Below are positions 24,701 through 37,121 of a DNA stretch of 64,000 nucleotides, piece by piece. Made by a program: the position numbers and the translations under genes. This stretch comes from Bugula neritina (taxonomy: Eukaryota; Animalia; Bryozoa): the NCBI GenBank assembly GCA_964035545.1, contig OZ037767.1, positions 1,747,680 to 1,811,679 of the forward strand, read 5' to 3'. The notes beneath the pieces were generated by a model, which saw only the letters and a list, made by a program, of their open reading frames with translations, made no database searches and was not told where the DNA came from. Position 1 is the stretch's first letter, and every line of letters begins with the position of its first letter.

Positions 24701-27700
24701 GTTTGCTCGTACTTTATTACAGTCAGTGTACCACCCACTGATAACGGCTAGCACAATACACTATTGTGTGAGAGTGTATGCAGTGTGTAGTAGGGATGAA
24801 AGAGTGAATTGTTAAGGTTGTTAGACGTTTGTATCACTCATACTTTGTATTCAGTGCTGGATAGACGTATAGAGACACTGACTGAGAGTATACTACAGCT
24901 GTACGCTGCAGAGATTGAAGAATGTACGGATATATCAGAGAAAACCAGCTCAGATGTAAGTCATTACCTTTTCTACCTGTGTGTAGGTTTATGTTTTTAA
25001 GTATTGTTGGTTTGGAAAAGTAGATAAACAATTTTAATTACACAATACTTAACTACTTCACTGCTGTAGGTCTACCTGTATTGTATCATCTAATATACAC
25101 ACTGTAGATCTACCTGTACTGTATTATGTAATACACACTGTAGGTGTACCTGTACTGTATTATGTAATATACACTGTAGGTGTACCTGTGCGGACAGATT
25201 TGCTGTGACTGTGATGGAAGGTTAAACACGGAGTCAGTCGTACTCCAGGGATGTATGAGTGTCAGCAATGGAAGGTCGCTGCCGCTATCAGTGTCTGAGC
25301 TGCCGAGTTACTCCCTCTTCCCTGGTCAGGTAGTGTACTTACCTACTCATACTTACTTATATCCACTTACACTCTTCTCTTTTAGATGTACTTACCCCTG
25401 TTACATGCTATTAAGTTGTTGAGTTAAAAAGCCTTAGAATTTGACCCTTAGTTAGGTATCAGTATGTTTAGATAAAGTTGGCTCTATGCTGCCAATGTGG
25501 GTGTTGAATTATCCAACATGAATATTACTTCTTTGGGAAACTGCTGCCGTAGATGTCATCCTGGCAGCAGTGAGGTAAAGTTTCCCAGCAGACTCACTTC
25601 TGACAGCTAGTTGACTGAGTAGCTGTCAGCTGCTGGATTAACTCTCGTAGTTCGTTTATTGAAAGCTTTCCTCATGCTGTTTGGCTGCTGCCACCCGTAC
25701 CAGACACTCTCGTTAAGTCAGCCACCACTCAATACACTCCACTGCAGCTCAGGGTGAAGCTCAACCACCTACAGAAGACAGGATATTGCATAACACTTCA
25801 CGTCTGGCTCGAGAGATCTCGTCTTCTGATGCAGTACGGAGTGTCTCACTGTAATTGGCACTGTTAGAATTCACTGCCTTTCTACATGAGCAGTGAGTTT
25901 GTCATGCCAAGTACAGCGTGACTACATGTGTACAACACAGTAACTACATGTGTACAACACAGTAACTACATGTGTACAACACAGTAACTACATGTGTACA
26001 ACACAGTAACTACATGTGTACAACAAAGTAGCTACATGTGTACAATATAGCTGAAACATGTTTACAACTCACATTCTATGTAGTGATTGGTGTAATTTAT
26101 TACTCTAATTTTTATTTATTTTTTTAGACTGTGGTTGTAAAAGCTCAGAATGAAGATGGGCGTCGGCTAAAGGCTGTCAAATGTTACACTGTGAGTCAAA
26201 CCTTTTTATTCTATAAACTTGTTCGAATAATTTCTTCACTGTATTTACTTTTCGTCACCGTGTATGTGGAGTTGGCGCTACCCTATCCAATTAGCCTCAG
26301 GAACTTGTACTGCTATATTTCATACGTGTAGCCCGAGCCACAGCCCACAGCACAGATAGTTGATTTCAAAGGTCTAAGTCTTATGGTAGCCTGTGGCCCT
26401 TTCACTCCAGACAACACTAATGACTACGCCCCTCTCTCAGATCTCATGCTAGAGGTGGAGAAGTCACCACCAGATGTCCTCATATTGGTGAGTAGAGAGA
26501 GCTGCTCATGTGTAATGTAGAGTATACGTACTTGTAAATAAAGGGGCACAACTCCTAATATGCTTCAGTATATTCATCTTTTGTAATATTTTAATAGGAA
26601 ACTAAATTCTGCAATTAGCAAACGTAATATATAAATGAACGAAGTTAAAGAATGTCTTCTAATATTAACAACTAAGACACTTTTGGCTGAATTGTTGAAG
26701 TCGGACTAATACTATGTAGCTTAATATACTTTGAATTGTTTTTTGTTGTAGATGGGTCCATTTGTCAATGAAGAAAATCAAGTGTTGCAGGTAATTGTCT
26801 TCTCTTTTTCATGGGTGCGCAATTCCAATATTCCTTAACAGTTCTGTGACATATTGTACTAGAGTTTGTGTGTAGGTGACATATTAATCATTATATTCCA
26901 GCTAACCGTAACAAATGATGGTTATCTTTTATACAAGACTTAATCTGTTTAGAATAATTGCCAAAAATTATTATTTATAGTTGTTTTTGTTGAAACTTTT
27001 TTTGGAAATATTGCAACAAAATTACTGGAATTAGTCAGGCTTGTTGTGTGTTGGTGTGTGTTGATTCACCTCAAGTGTGATGGATGAGGTGATAATGTTG
27101 ACAGGTTGAACACACTAAACACTAGTATGATACATCCCTGATAACATCTGTTCATTTTACTCATGCTATTTGGGAACATTAATGTTCCCTTTGCCTTCCA
27201 AGTTCTACTCCTTCTTCAACATTTAGGTGTAGTAATGGAGAAATTTCAATTAATTTTTTTCAATGATTTTCAGTTTGAGGCACACGTTGAGATTCTTAGG
27301 AGAATATAATATATTTTATACATTTATCATCTAGGACACCTGCTTTTCTCACTTTCTCCATTACTACACTACTACCTCTTTAAGTAGATTACCCATCTTC
27401 ACATTTCACCTTGTCTAGTTAAGAAATCTATTTATATGCTCATTTCAGCATTCCTTGGAGTCATACGAGATGCTGTTCGACTCTGTAATGAATGAAATCT
27501 TCTCCAAAGTTATACCAATAAAGTGAGTGACTTATTTCAATAGTAAAATGATTATTTGCACTATTTATATTCTAGAATAATTAGTAAAGTGTTCACAACT
27601 CCAAACTGTGCCTCTAGGCCGATTATTCTGTAAATACTGCCACAATGTTCTTAGAGCTAGTAGGCCTAGTACATTACTGTTATACTCATCAGTCAAGGGA

Positions 27701-30700
27701 ACACAACCCTGAAGTCTAGTCGTTCTATTAGTAAGTCAACTAGTTTATGAGTTACTTATGTATACTATACAGTATATATTGTATAGTATCTACTGTATGT
27801 ATTACTGTATAGTATAATACTCTATAGTATAGTATAGTACATAGCACACTATATACTGTTTCAGCTCATCTATCCAGCTAATAGTGGTGTCCAGTGACAG
27901 GGATTTGCACCACGAGCCGGTCTACCCAACACCTCCGTATCACCTCAATCTGCAGGTATCTTACTCTCTTTTTCTGAAGGTAGAAATATTGTCTCCTATT
28001 GTGCCAGCTGTTTATTCACTACTACTTCACTCAGAGCTTTTTTACTGACATTATTAACTAATTGTCATTTATTTTATCTGCAATTACTCGTTAGTCACGT
28101 TGCCAAAAATAGGTTCTCATTGAGACGGAACATTCACCACTCTGCTCTGTTTACTGCCGGTAGCTGGTAGTTGCGAGTGTCTTGGTCTTAGCCAGATGTT
28201 TCTGTTGACATGAAAGCACAAAGAATATCAATACATGCTTACGTCGCCCAACTTTCAACATAAAGTTTTGTATTTCCTCTCCCCCCACCCCACCTCTGCT
28301 CAAACTGATAATTGAGAACTACAGCTATATCTCTTGGATTTTTCTCACTATTTATATTCTCTCAAATGACTCATAGTATATAAGACTGGTTTAAGGTATA
28401 TTGTTGTGGCTATATTAGTAATATGTAAACCAACAAAACGCTTCTTTAATGCCACTTTTCACTGGAATACCTTAACCACATTTTCTCCTGTATCTGTACC
28501 AATATGTCCACAAATTGACACATTTGTCACTTTTTCATCAATATCTGCTTTTATTTGTGATTGATTCTTCTAAATGTTCTCCAATTTCCCTTCAGGAATG
28601 TGTAAAATGCTATTATTCTTGTTTCTCTCAATTCAGTGTAAGTTACACGATGTTGTGTGATGTATTCATCCACAACTCATATGCCATTCCGTAGTAATTT
28701 CTGCTGATTTTATTGGCAGTTGTTGATGTCTACTAAATATTCATGGAATTTAATTCATCTCCTTCATTACATGTAATAACATGTGACCCAGAAATAACTA
28801 ATACTCGTTCCAGCTAATTGTAATGTTTTCATATCATCTGATAACTTTTTATGTAACTTGCATGAACCCTCCCTTCTGCAATACAGGGGTATCTACTTCT
28901 ATTGTATTATATTATTATAGTGTATAGCGTATCTGTTTCTATTCTTTCAGCACCCCAGAGTTCACCTGGTAGCAAACCCTTCCACTGTAGATATCAATGG
29001 GGTCAAGGTCGGACTTACATCTACTGATGTCCTTTTCCAGATGGCAGCCAATGAGATCTCTTGGTGAGTTGATTTGCCATGGGCCACAGTCTAACTGCAG
29101 TTTGGTCAGGGGGTTATCTTCGGTGTTCCTCATTTCATGTAGTTGCCTCTCTGTTGGGTCAGCATTCATTAGCTGTAGTAGTTACATTAATATGAAAATA
29201 AGTTTTTTTTTATAAATTTAACTGCATTGGATTTTCTTCTGTCTCAACAACTAAGTGCAGCTCTGTAATATTAATACCCCATCTTGCTCTGCTCGCAGCT
29301 GAAAATAATAGTTTGGATTTAATAACAAATACTAATAACATTATTTGCTTAAAATTTAATCATTTTATTATGTTGTCTTCTTCTCTCTTCTGCTTCTCCT
29401 CTCTACTGCTTCTCCTCTCTTCTGTCTTCTCTCTAGTCTCTTCTATCTTCTCTCTAGTCTCTTCTGTCTTCTCTCTAGTCTCTTCTGTCTTCTCTCTAGT
29501 CTCTTCTGTCTTCTGTGAAGTTCAACTGCTGTGAAGGAGGTTGGTGAGTCATGAGTTTCAAGTGGTGGCTGTATTTGTGTGTTTTTCATTGTCTTCTCAA
29601 CAGCAAAGCTCTGTTGCAATAAGGGATGACTAACACAGGGTGACATAATGATATATTAATGGAGAATTATTATAAAACAATAATACTCTTGCAACACCTC
29701 CTATTTCTCACATCTTATACTTGGTGAAGTCATTAATTACACTGCAAAAGGAACCAGATTTTTCTATCATTAGTATTAAAGCAGGTAACTAGGGTTATTT
29801 CTGGTTACTGTTGACCCTCTCCTCCCCATTCACACCTAAATTATATTCATGCGGTTTAATGTAAACACTCTTAAGTTCTTTTTAATCTCATAACAAGACT
29901 GTAAGCTTCAACCTAACAGACTACCTAGTTTTGAGACTTCGATGGACCATAACTCCCAACACCAGTACCAGAGCTGTGTCTAATAATAAATCATTATTTA
30001 AAGTATAACATAGATTTTATTGATTAAAGTACACTCACAAATAATTATTTTAAACAGTATGCCCTAATACCTACTATACAATGCATGAAGTTATCAGGGA
30101 AATGGCCACTTAACTGCTTCCCTCTCAACTCTCTACTTTTATCCGTTTCCACTTATCTTATCCGTTAGTCTATTTGGCACTAATCCAAGTCCCTGCTTGA
30201 GATAATCTCATAATCCTTCTAGAAGATACTTTAAAGTCAGATTAAAAAAGTAAAAACAAGCTGGTTTGGTTAGTTGTGGCTTAGATGGCGGGATAAATGG
30301 TTTTTTTTACGATATTGAGGCTTTGACATTTAAACTAATTCTTGCCAATTTAAATTTAAAATTTAACGGTTCAAGTGTTTTATTTTGATTATTCTTTTGT
30401 TGGTGAAATAAAAAAAATTCATCGAATAATTTTGTGTAAAAGCAGTTTCAGGAAACCAAACCCAGAATTTAAATTGCAGAGTTGTATGTTCTGTGGTGCG
30501 AAAACAAAAAATACAGTATTTGTGGTACAAAAATAATTATTTTTGATTTTCCATGCAAGATTTAGCTTAGGGGGGGGAAAGGGGGTCGTAGTTTCCATGG
30601 GAATAATATTACTATGCGTGAGCCAGGCTCATTGTTCTGGATTTGACTGAGTTGTAACTATCATATTGGAAGAGTTCAACCATGATGGTGACAACTTAAC

Positions 30701-32701
30701 AACACCAAATTAGACAGACACTTGAGTAATGACTGATTTATCATTATGACTCTCTCACTCACCCATGACTGACTTATGACTCACCTGGCTGCTTCACCAA
30801 GCAGCAGTTGAGAAACTAAGACCATGTTATTGTTTTTATTTTGGTGACCGAAATGATGTGTGACTTGAGTATCTGATTTCTCGACTCAAGGTGGTACTGA
30901 GCTATAAGCATGCCCAGTGTGTTATCCAGTTACAGCTATTGTCGTAATTATGACAACTTGTTACAGTGTATTGTTAACCATTCATCAGGGTGTAACACTT
31001 GTCACCCTGTAATATGCATTGTGTGATCAGTTAAAGTTCTCTCTAGACTCTAGTAACTAGTTACTCTATTTCCCTTTGGTACAATCAGTACACACTGCAC
31101 TTACACTTCACCCTCTACTTACTGTATGTACTGTACATACACCTCCATGAGCTCTGGGGAAGGCATTTGGCCTTGTCTATCTTATTCGTAGACTGAGTTT
31201 CAACAAGATTATCTCCCCTTTGGTATTTCTAGTCTTGGAATTTTAATATTTAGTTTTATCTTACTGTGTTTATTCTATAGCACACTATTGCTATGCCACA
31301 TGTACTACTTGAGCACACTATTGCCACACCACACTTGCTACTCAGTGTTATCCTCTCTTGCAGGGATGCTAGCACTAAGGATAGGATGCTGAGGCTATCA
31401 GAACACCTGCTATGTCAGAGAAACTACTTTCCCGTCTACCCGCCCAGTACAGATACCAACCTGGACCTGGAGCTAAACGAGGAGTTTGGTGGGATCAGCA
31501 CCAGCCCCCACCTGCTGGTCATGTCCTCTAACTTCAACCAGTTTATCAAGGTAAAAACTGCATTCACTGCTGATAGTTTTGCTAATAGGAAATTTGGCTT
31601 CACTCACATAAAATGTAAATTTTGACATTTCAGGTTCCCAGGTTCTGCTTTGGCTCGTGTCACTCTTGATGGATAGTTTGTCACTCGACTATCTGAATCT
31701 CTCTTTCTGTCACTCGACTATCTGAATCTCTCTTTCTCTCCCTCGACTATCTGAATCTCTCTTTCTCTCACTCGACTATCTGAATCTCTCTTTCTCTCAC
31801 TCAACTATCTGAATCTCTCTTTCTCTCACTCGACTATCTGAATCTCTCTTTCTCTCACTCGACTATCTGAATCTCTCTTTCTCTCACTCTACTATCTGAA
31901 TCTCTCTTTCTCTCACTCGACTATCTGAATCTCTCTTTCTCTCACTCGACTATCTGAATCTCTCTTTCTCTCACTCGACTATCTAAATCTCTCTTTCTCT
32001 CACTCGACTATCTGAATCTCTCTTTCTCTCACTCGACTCTCTGAATCTCTCTTTTTCTCACTCGAATTGAATATGTGAATGTCTTTCTCTCTAACACACA
32101 CACACACTCACACCTCTCTGCCATGCATTAAAATACTGGAGTTGTCAATCTTTTAGATGAATTTGATGATTTAGTTTCCTTCCAAACATGTAAAATTTTG
32201 AGGATGTTGTAGATTTCATTTCCCCCTATGTCGTTACAACATTGTACTTGTACTTCGTTCAGTATATCAGAACTGCCCTGATAGTATTTAGTGATTATAT
32301 CATAAAGCTTGTTATATATATATTTGATGTTTCCTCCCTCTAATTCATATATCGTGATATGGTGTATCGTGATATGGTATAATATGATTTCTATTGTGTC
32401 ATTTCAACATATTGTAGAGCACAACATTTTATATATGTTGTAATATGTACTATATTTTACAGTATAGTGTAATAAATTTATTACTATATCATTGTGTTAC
32501 TATATTATTGTATTATTATATTATTATCTTATTGTATTATATAACATTATATTGTAGAGTGGTAAAAAGACGGTGTGTTGTAACCCTGGAAGACTGTGTA
32601 AAGGGGAGGGAGGTGGTACTTACTTAAGAATGGTCATTGACTCTATAGAAGACTCTGATAGTGTTATTGACAGTGTAAAGGCACAGGTCATACGAATATA
32701 A
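21713..32701 (+). CDS. POLA2: DNA polymerase alpha subunit B. About 15 exons: 21713-21791, 22396-22520, 22882-22955, 23275-23457, 23975-24165, 24854-24955, 25180-25329, 26129-26190, 26331-26488, 26752-26790, 27449-27522, 27864-27955, 28951-29063, 31364-31550, 32558-32701 (some edges approximate)
   Basis: N-terminal LQEEFKFYG...VSELVAF; FRYMFQKL; GQICCDCDGRLNTESVVLQG; YSLFPGQ; VACGPFT; PDVLILMGPF; RDLHHEPVYPTPP; NGVKVGLTSTDVLF; DRMLRLSEHLLCQRNYFPVYPP; CCNPGRLCKGEGGGTY...QVIRI*. Confidence 0.93.
21934..22106. mobile_element. Short foldback/MITE-like element in POLA2 intron 1
   Basis: CACGGATTTCAATTTTT..AGTAAAACTAAA is mirrored by TTTAGTTTTACT..AAAAATTGAAATCCGTG. Inner arms are AATGTAATACTTAAAA and TTTTAAGTATTACATT. 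Confidence 0.6.
22956..23274 (+). other. U12-type (minor spliceosome) GT-AG intron in POLA2
   Basis: The 5' site is GTATCCTCTTT. The branch box TCCTTGAC lies at 23256-23263, about 12 nt before the AG, with no polypyrimidine tract in between. The phase-2 join keeps the frame (DLA-L-KSDQDYNIMAAYG). Confidence 0.8.
25062..25189. repeat. 36-38-bp tandem repeat spanning a POLA2 acceptor (4 CTGTAG copies)
   Basis: CTGTAG ends at 25069, 25107, 25143 and 25179, each followed by (G/A)T(C/G)TACCTGT. Confidence 0.85.
25919..26068. repeat. ~21-22-bp minisatellite (AACTACATGTGTACAACACAGT)
   Basis: Tandem copies seen directly. Confidence 0.9.
29420..29515. repeat. 21-bp pyrimidine-rich repeat (TCTTCTGTCTTCTCTCTAGTC)
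   Basis: Tandem copies seen directly. Confidence 0.85.
31680..32066. repeat. 29-bp minisatellite (CTCGACTATCTGAATCTCTCTTTCTCTCA), ~13 copies
   Basis: Tandem copies seen directly, in the last POLA2 intron. Confidence 0.95.
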
Positions 32702-33339
32702 ATACTGATGGAGTGATGTGAACACCCTTGGTTCACCTTATTACCAGAACACAATGTGTATAACATACTAGTACTAATTCTACCTGTGCTGGAGTGGCTA
32801 GCCAATGAGATGTAGGCTTGTAAATCATGCTAACCAATGAATTGTAGGCTTGTAAATACAATATATTTGTCCGCTTACTGAAAGAATTATATTAGAACTA
32901 CTATTTTTATAAAATGATATTTGCTAGCTGGTAATATAGTGTATATATTCTGTATATGCTGTATTAGCACTACTACCTGGTGTAATGACCATATATAATG
33001 ATATGTGTGTGACTGTGTATAACTCATTTACTCCAACTGGGGTCAATAAATTTAATGCATGGGTTTTGTATATTAATCTGATGTAGTCGTGTGACAAGAA
33101 GGGCAATAACTGATTGTGTAAATTATAATAATATATTTGTTTTCATATGTATAATATTGTAATATAATAATATATCTGTACTATTTATATGCCATTATAT
33201 CCACAATAGCTGCATTGCAATAATCTATGCACAATCTTTTCCTATAAATGTTTTGGTTATTTCACTGAGAAATTTAGTTCGTAGTACTATTGCTTCAATG
33301 TGTGCCCCCTGGGTTATAACTGCAGTTAACTATACGCTC

Positions 33340-33556
33340 CTGATACTACTCACTATGCACCTCTGATACTACTCACTATGCACCTCTGATACTACTCACT
33401 ATGCACCTCTGATACTACTCACTATGCACCTCTGATACTACTCACTGTGCACCTCTGATACTACTCACTATGCACCTCTGATACTACTCACTATGCACCT
33501 CTGATACTACTCACTATGCACCTCTGATACTACTTACTATGCACCTCTGATACTAC
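33340..33556. repeat. 23-bp minisatellite (GATACTACTCACTATGCACCTCT), ~9 copies
   Basis: Tandem copies seen directly, between POLA2 and RhoU/V. Confidence 0.95.
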
Positions 33557-36500
33557 TCCGGGCCTACACTACCTGAGTATATACCAGCAGCCAGGATAGT
33601 ACTTGAGGAACTGCAAAATCGGACAAAAATGATATAGGAACACACACCACAGCACAAAACACACAGCACACACACAGCACAAAACACACAGCACACACAC
33701 AGCACAAAACACACAACACACACACGCAGCACATGCATTAATATAACTTATATGTTATAACAAAAGTCAGCTAGTCTAAAGTAGAAGATTTGAGAGTAGG
33801 AAGGGTGACTTCCCTTGACTGTTGATTGATCTGTTGAGTGGCATGCTGCCTATTTATAGTGGTGGTGGTGCTGCCCGAGTTCAAACTACTACTACATGCA
33901 CCCAGTGTATTAATTTAATGAGGGGTTGTGTAATTGTTCTTATAATTAGTTGTCAAAAAATGATTAAATGGGAGATCTACTTGAAGTTAGTATATATTAT
34001 TATAACTTGGGTTTGCCTAGGGAGAAGCTCCCCATAACCACAGCTAGGCTGTAACATCACAAATATTAATTATCTGGTGGTTGCAAGCTAGCTCTTAGAT
34101 TAATACCACCTTACGCAAATAAATAGTCCTAGTTATGACACTAAAGCATCATATCCCTACCTGCATCTCTTCTTACCTAGTGCTAGTCCTAGCTAGACTC
34201 TAGTGTGAGAATTTATCAGACTATCGAATAAAATAGTGGGGTTTTGCATTCAAGCAATAAACTTAGGCTAAACAAAGATCAACAGCACAGAGTCTTTTGC
34301 AACGAGAAGGGGGGAAAAGCACCACCTATGTCAATAGAAGATTTTCGAAGAACTCGGCTAATATAAATATATTTTCCACAGCAAAAAATAAATTATATAT
34401 TTTGGGGCCATGATAAATGAACAGTCAATGATACAACCTTATTTCAACATTTCTCTCTACAATGAAGAGTGTTTCTCTTAGATCTCTCATACTCACTTGT
34501 AGAGTTACTAGTTTCTCAACTCCAGTATTTTATTCAGCAACATTCATCAGTCGAATATTCAACTGTGTTGCAACAAAGTATTTGGTTATAAATTTGATAA
34601 ATGAACATTATTAGATACAAAAATTTTCTCATAAATTTAGCTTGATACTGATCCTGTGCTAAATATATTATATACAGATAATATAAAACTATTTTTATTG
34701 TCTTAAAAGGAAACAATTATTTCTAAATTTGTAATAATTTATTATGATAATAGATTAGATTTATTGTATCATATACTTCAGATAACGTCAAAGTTTCTAT
34801 AAAGGAAACGCTCAATTATATTTATGATTAAATTTTGGGTAGTGGCTCTTCACAAATTCTAATTGTTAAGATGGGACATCATGCATCACCCCCCTCTAGC
34901 AATGACATTTTATTTTGAATCATTTCTCGACTATCATGATACATCACAAGTCCAACATGTAAGAGAATTTATGCTTTTAATTAAATCACAATGATGGCAA
35001 TTAAATCAAATTGCATTTTCATAAGTATGCTAATATGCCCTATGCCTGACTGTACCATGCAGTATTTAAAATTCTTTTTACAATCAGACCTATGTAACAT
35101 CATACTATATACTAGTTCAGCATGAATTGCCAATGGACAGAGTATTGATAGAGAAAGTGTCTGCAAGCACCTTGCTATCCATGCCACACATGGTCGCAAT
35201 ATGCACATGTGCAGAGTTGTAGACATGCACACACTTCCGATGGATGTATCATAAAAATATAGACACGCTGTAGCATGTGCTCTGCAGGTGATAAATTGGC
35301 TATATAACTTTAATCAAAGTGTATTCAGTGGATAGAAAGTAACTTTTAACAAATATGTACAGCATGTACAGTTTATATCTGCATATACAATGTGTTGTTA
35401 TATGTTGAACTAAGTCTTTAAAAAACTGTGAATTATGTTGATTTTGTATATTGCACGAAACACAAGTCCTTCTATACAAGGGATACAAGTCCCTCTGCTA
35501 TATCCTCTATACAAGGGACACAAGTCCCTCTACCATATATCCTCTAAGAACATAATATCCTCTGCTAACCTCACCAGAGATGTTATCTTACGGTACCACC
35601 TTATGTCAACCAATTACTAAAACTGAATTTTGCCATTAATCTATTCGAAACTAAAAATATCCAATTCAACTGTTTGAAACTTCAGAATGCTGATAACATC
35701 CCAAATAAATTATGCAAATTCAAATCGCAGAGCCAAACGGTAAGATTATGATAAATGATGTGATACTTTAGGAATAAATGCCCCAGCATTGTGATATTAA
35801 CTTCACAGCTCATCAAATAGTCTATTAAAAAGTTTCCTTTCACCTTTATTAAAGTGTTATATGAAGGGTATATTTGATAACTTTGCTACGTGCAGGTAAA
35901 TAAAAATACTTCAAACTATCTGGCAAGGATTAGTTCTAGTCTGAGAATTACAAGTTTTAGTCTTAGACTTAGGCTTGCATCAAATAATATTTTACTTCAA
36001 AATTACTCTATTTGAGAATAATAAAATTCGAAGTTATCCCCTCTGCCATTCAAATCCAATGTTACTTAGTATATTGCGTATATACCCATTAGTGCATAGC
36101 TTGGTTATAGCAATAGTTATGAGCTAATGAATGTTTAGCCAGTGGTAAACAATATGGCGCTAGCTAACATTTCAACTTATTTTTCATTTGCTGTTGAAAT
36201 CTGGAAGCAATACCTATAACTGCGAAAGAAACATGTCATTAACCTATGTAACTAACCTACCACTTACGAATTTGCATTGTAATCATAACACTGCAAATCA
36301 TATTATATTATATCATACAAATTGACTAAGTTTATAAGGAAAAAGCAATTCATGTTATGGGCCCATTTATTCAAGCTGAAACACTGCTATCATGATCGGA
36401 GCTCTACATGCAAGAGCGAGTTGAGAGGTGCCCATAAGTTGTGATTTCTATATTTGAAGTAGCCAACACGAGCTTTCACACGTGCTTTATGGAGTGTCAT

Positions 36501-37121
36501 GTAATATTTTTTTACAAAAATTCAGCTGGTACTTTACTAAAGCATAGAGAAATGCAAGTCCAGGGTATTGTTTTTGACACGTGATCTGGTATGCTACTGC
36601 TAACAAGCTAACATGCTGGTCCAACACCAAGTAGGTGCAAGCTCTTAGCAAGCAGTTGTTCCCACAATGTCATTTCAAGAAAGACATAAAGTTATATTTT
36701 TCTTACATAATTTATTGTTAAATAAAACTAAAGTTGTGAGCATAAGAAATGTTGGCTATGAATAACTGAGAGTAAAAGTATGAACAAATGAGCGAGGAGG
36801 GAGATAATTAGCTATAAATATCCCTCCATGATACACAATTACCAGCTAATATTTACAGACACTTGGAATGACTAAACGAAAATATTTCCATAGACTTCGG
36901 TACAAAAATATGTACAAAAATATAAGTAGATAAATACATCCCATAGCAGTTTCTTGCAATTAATCACCAATTTAATGCTATTACTTAGGCTATGAAATGA
37001 ATGACTAGTCAGAGTGGGGCAAAGCCCACTGTAACTCTAAAGTGGGTAGGTCACTGGTGCCTCCGAAAACATTAGATTTCTGATGCATGGAACTGAAGCT
37101 AAAAGTCTGACTAGTTATTAC

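Noticed and set aside
28380-28860. Possible decayed antisense coding sequence in a POLA2 intron
   Set aside because: No recognisable motif was found, so it cannot be supported without a search.
33200-33235. Partial resemblance to miR-33 (TAGCTGCATTGCA)
   Set aside because: The seed end does not match and there is no convincing precursor hairpin.
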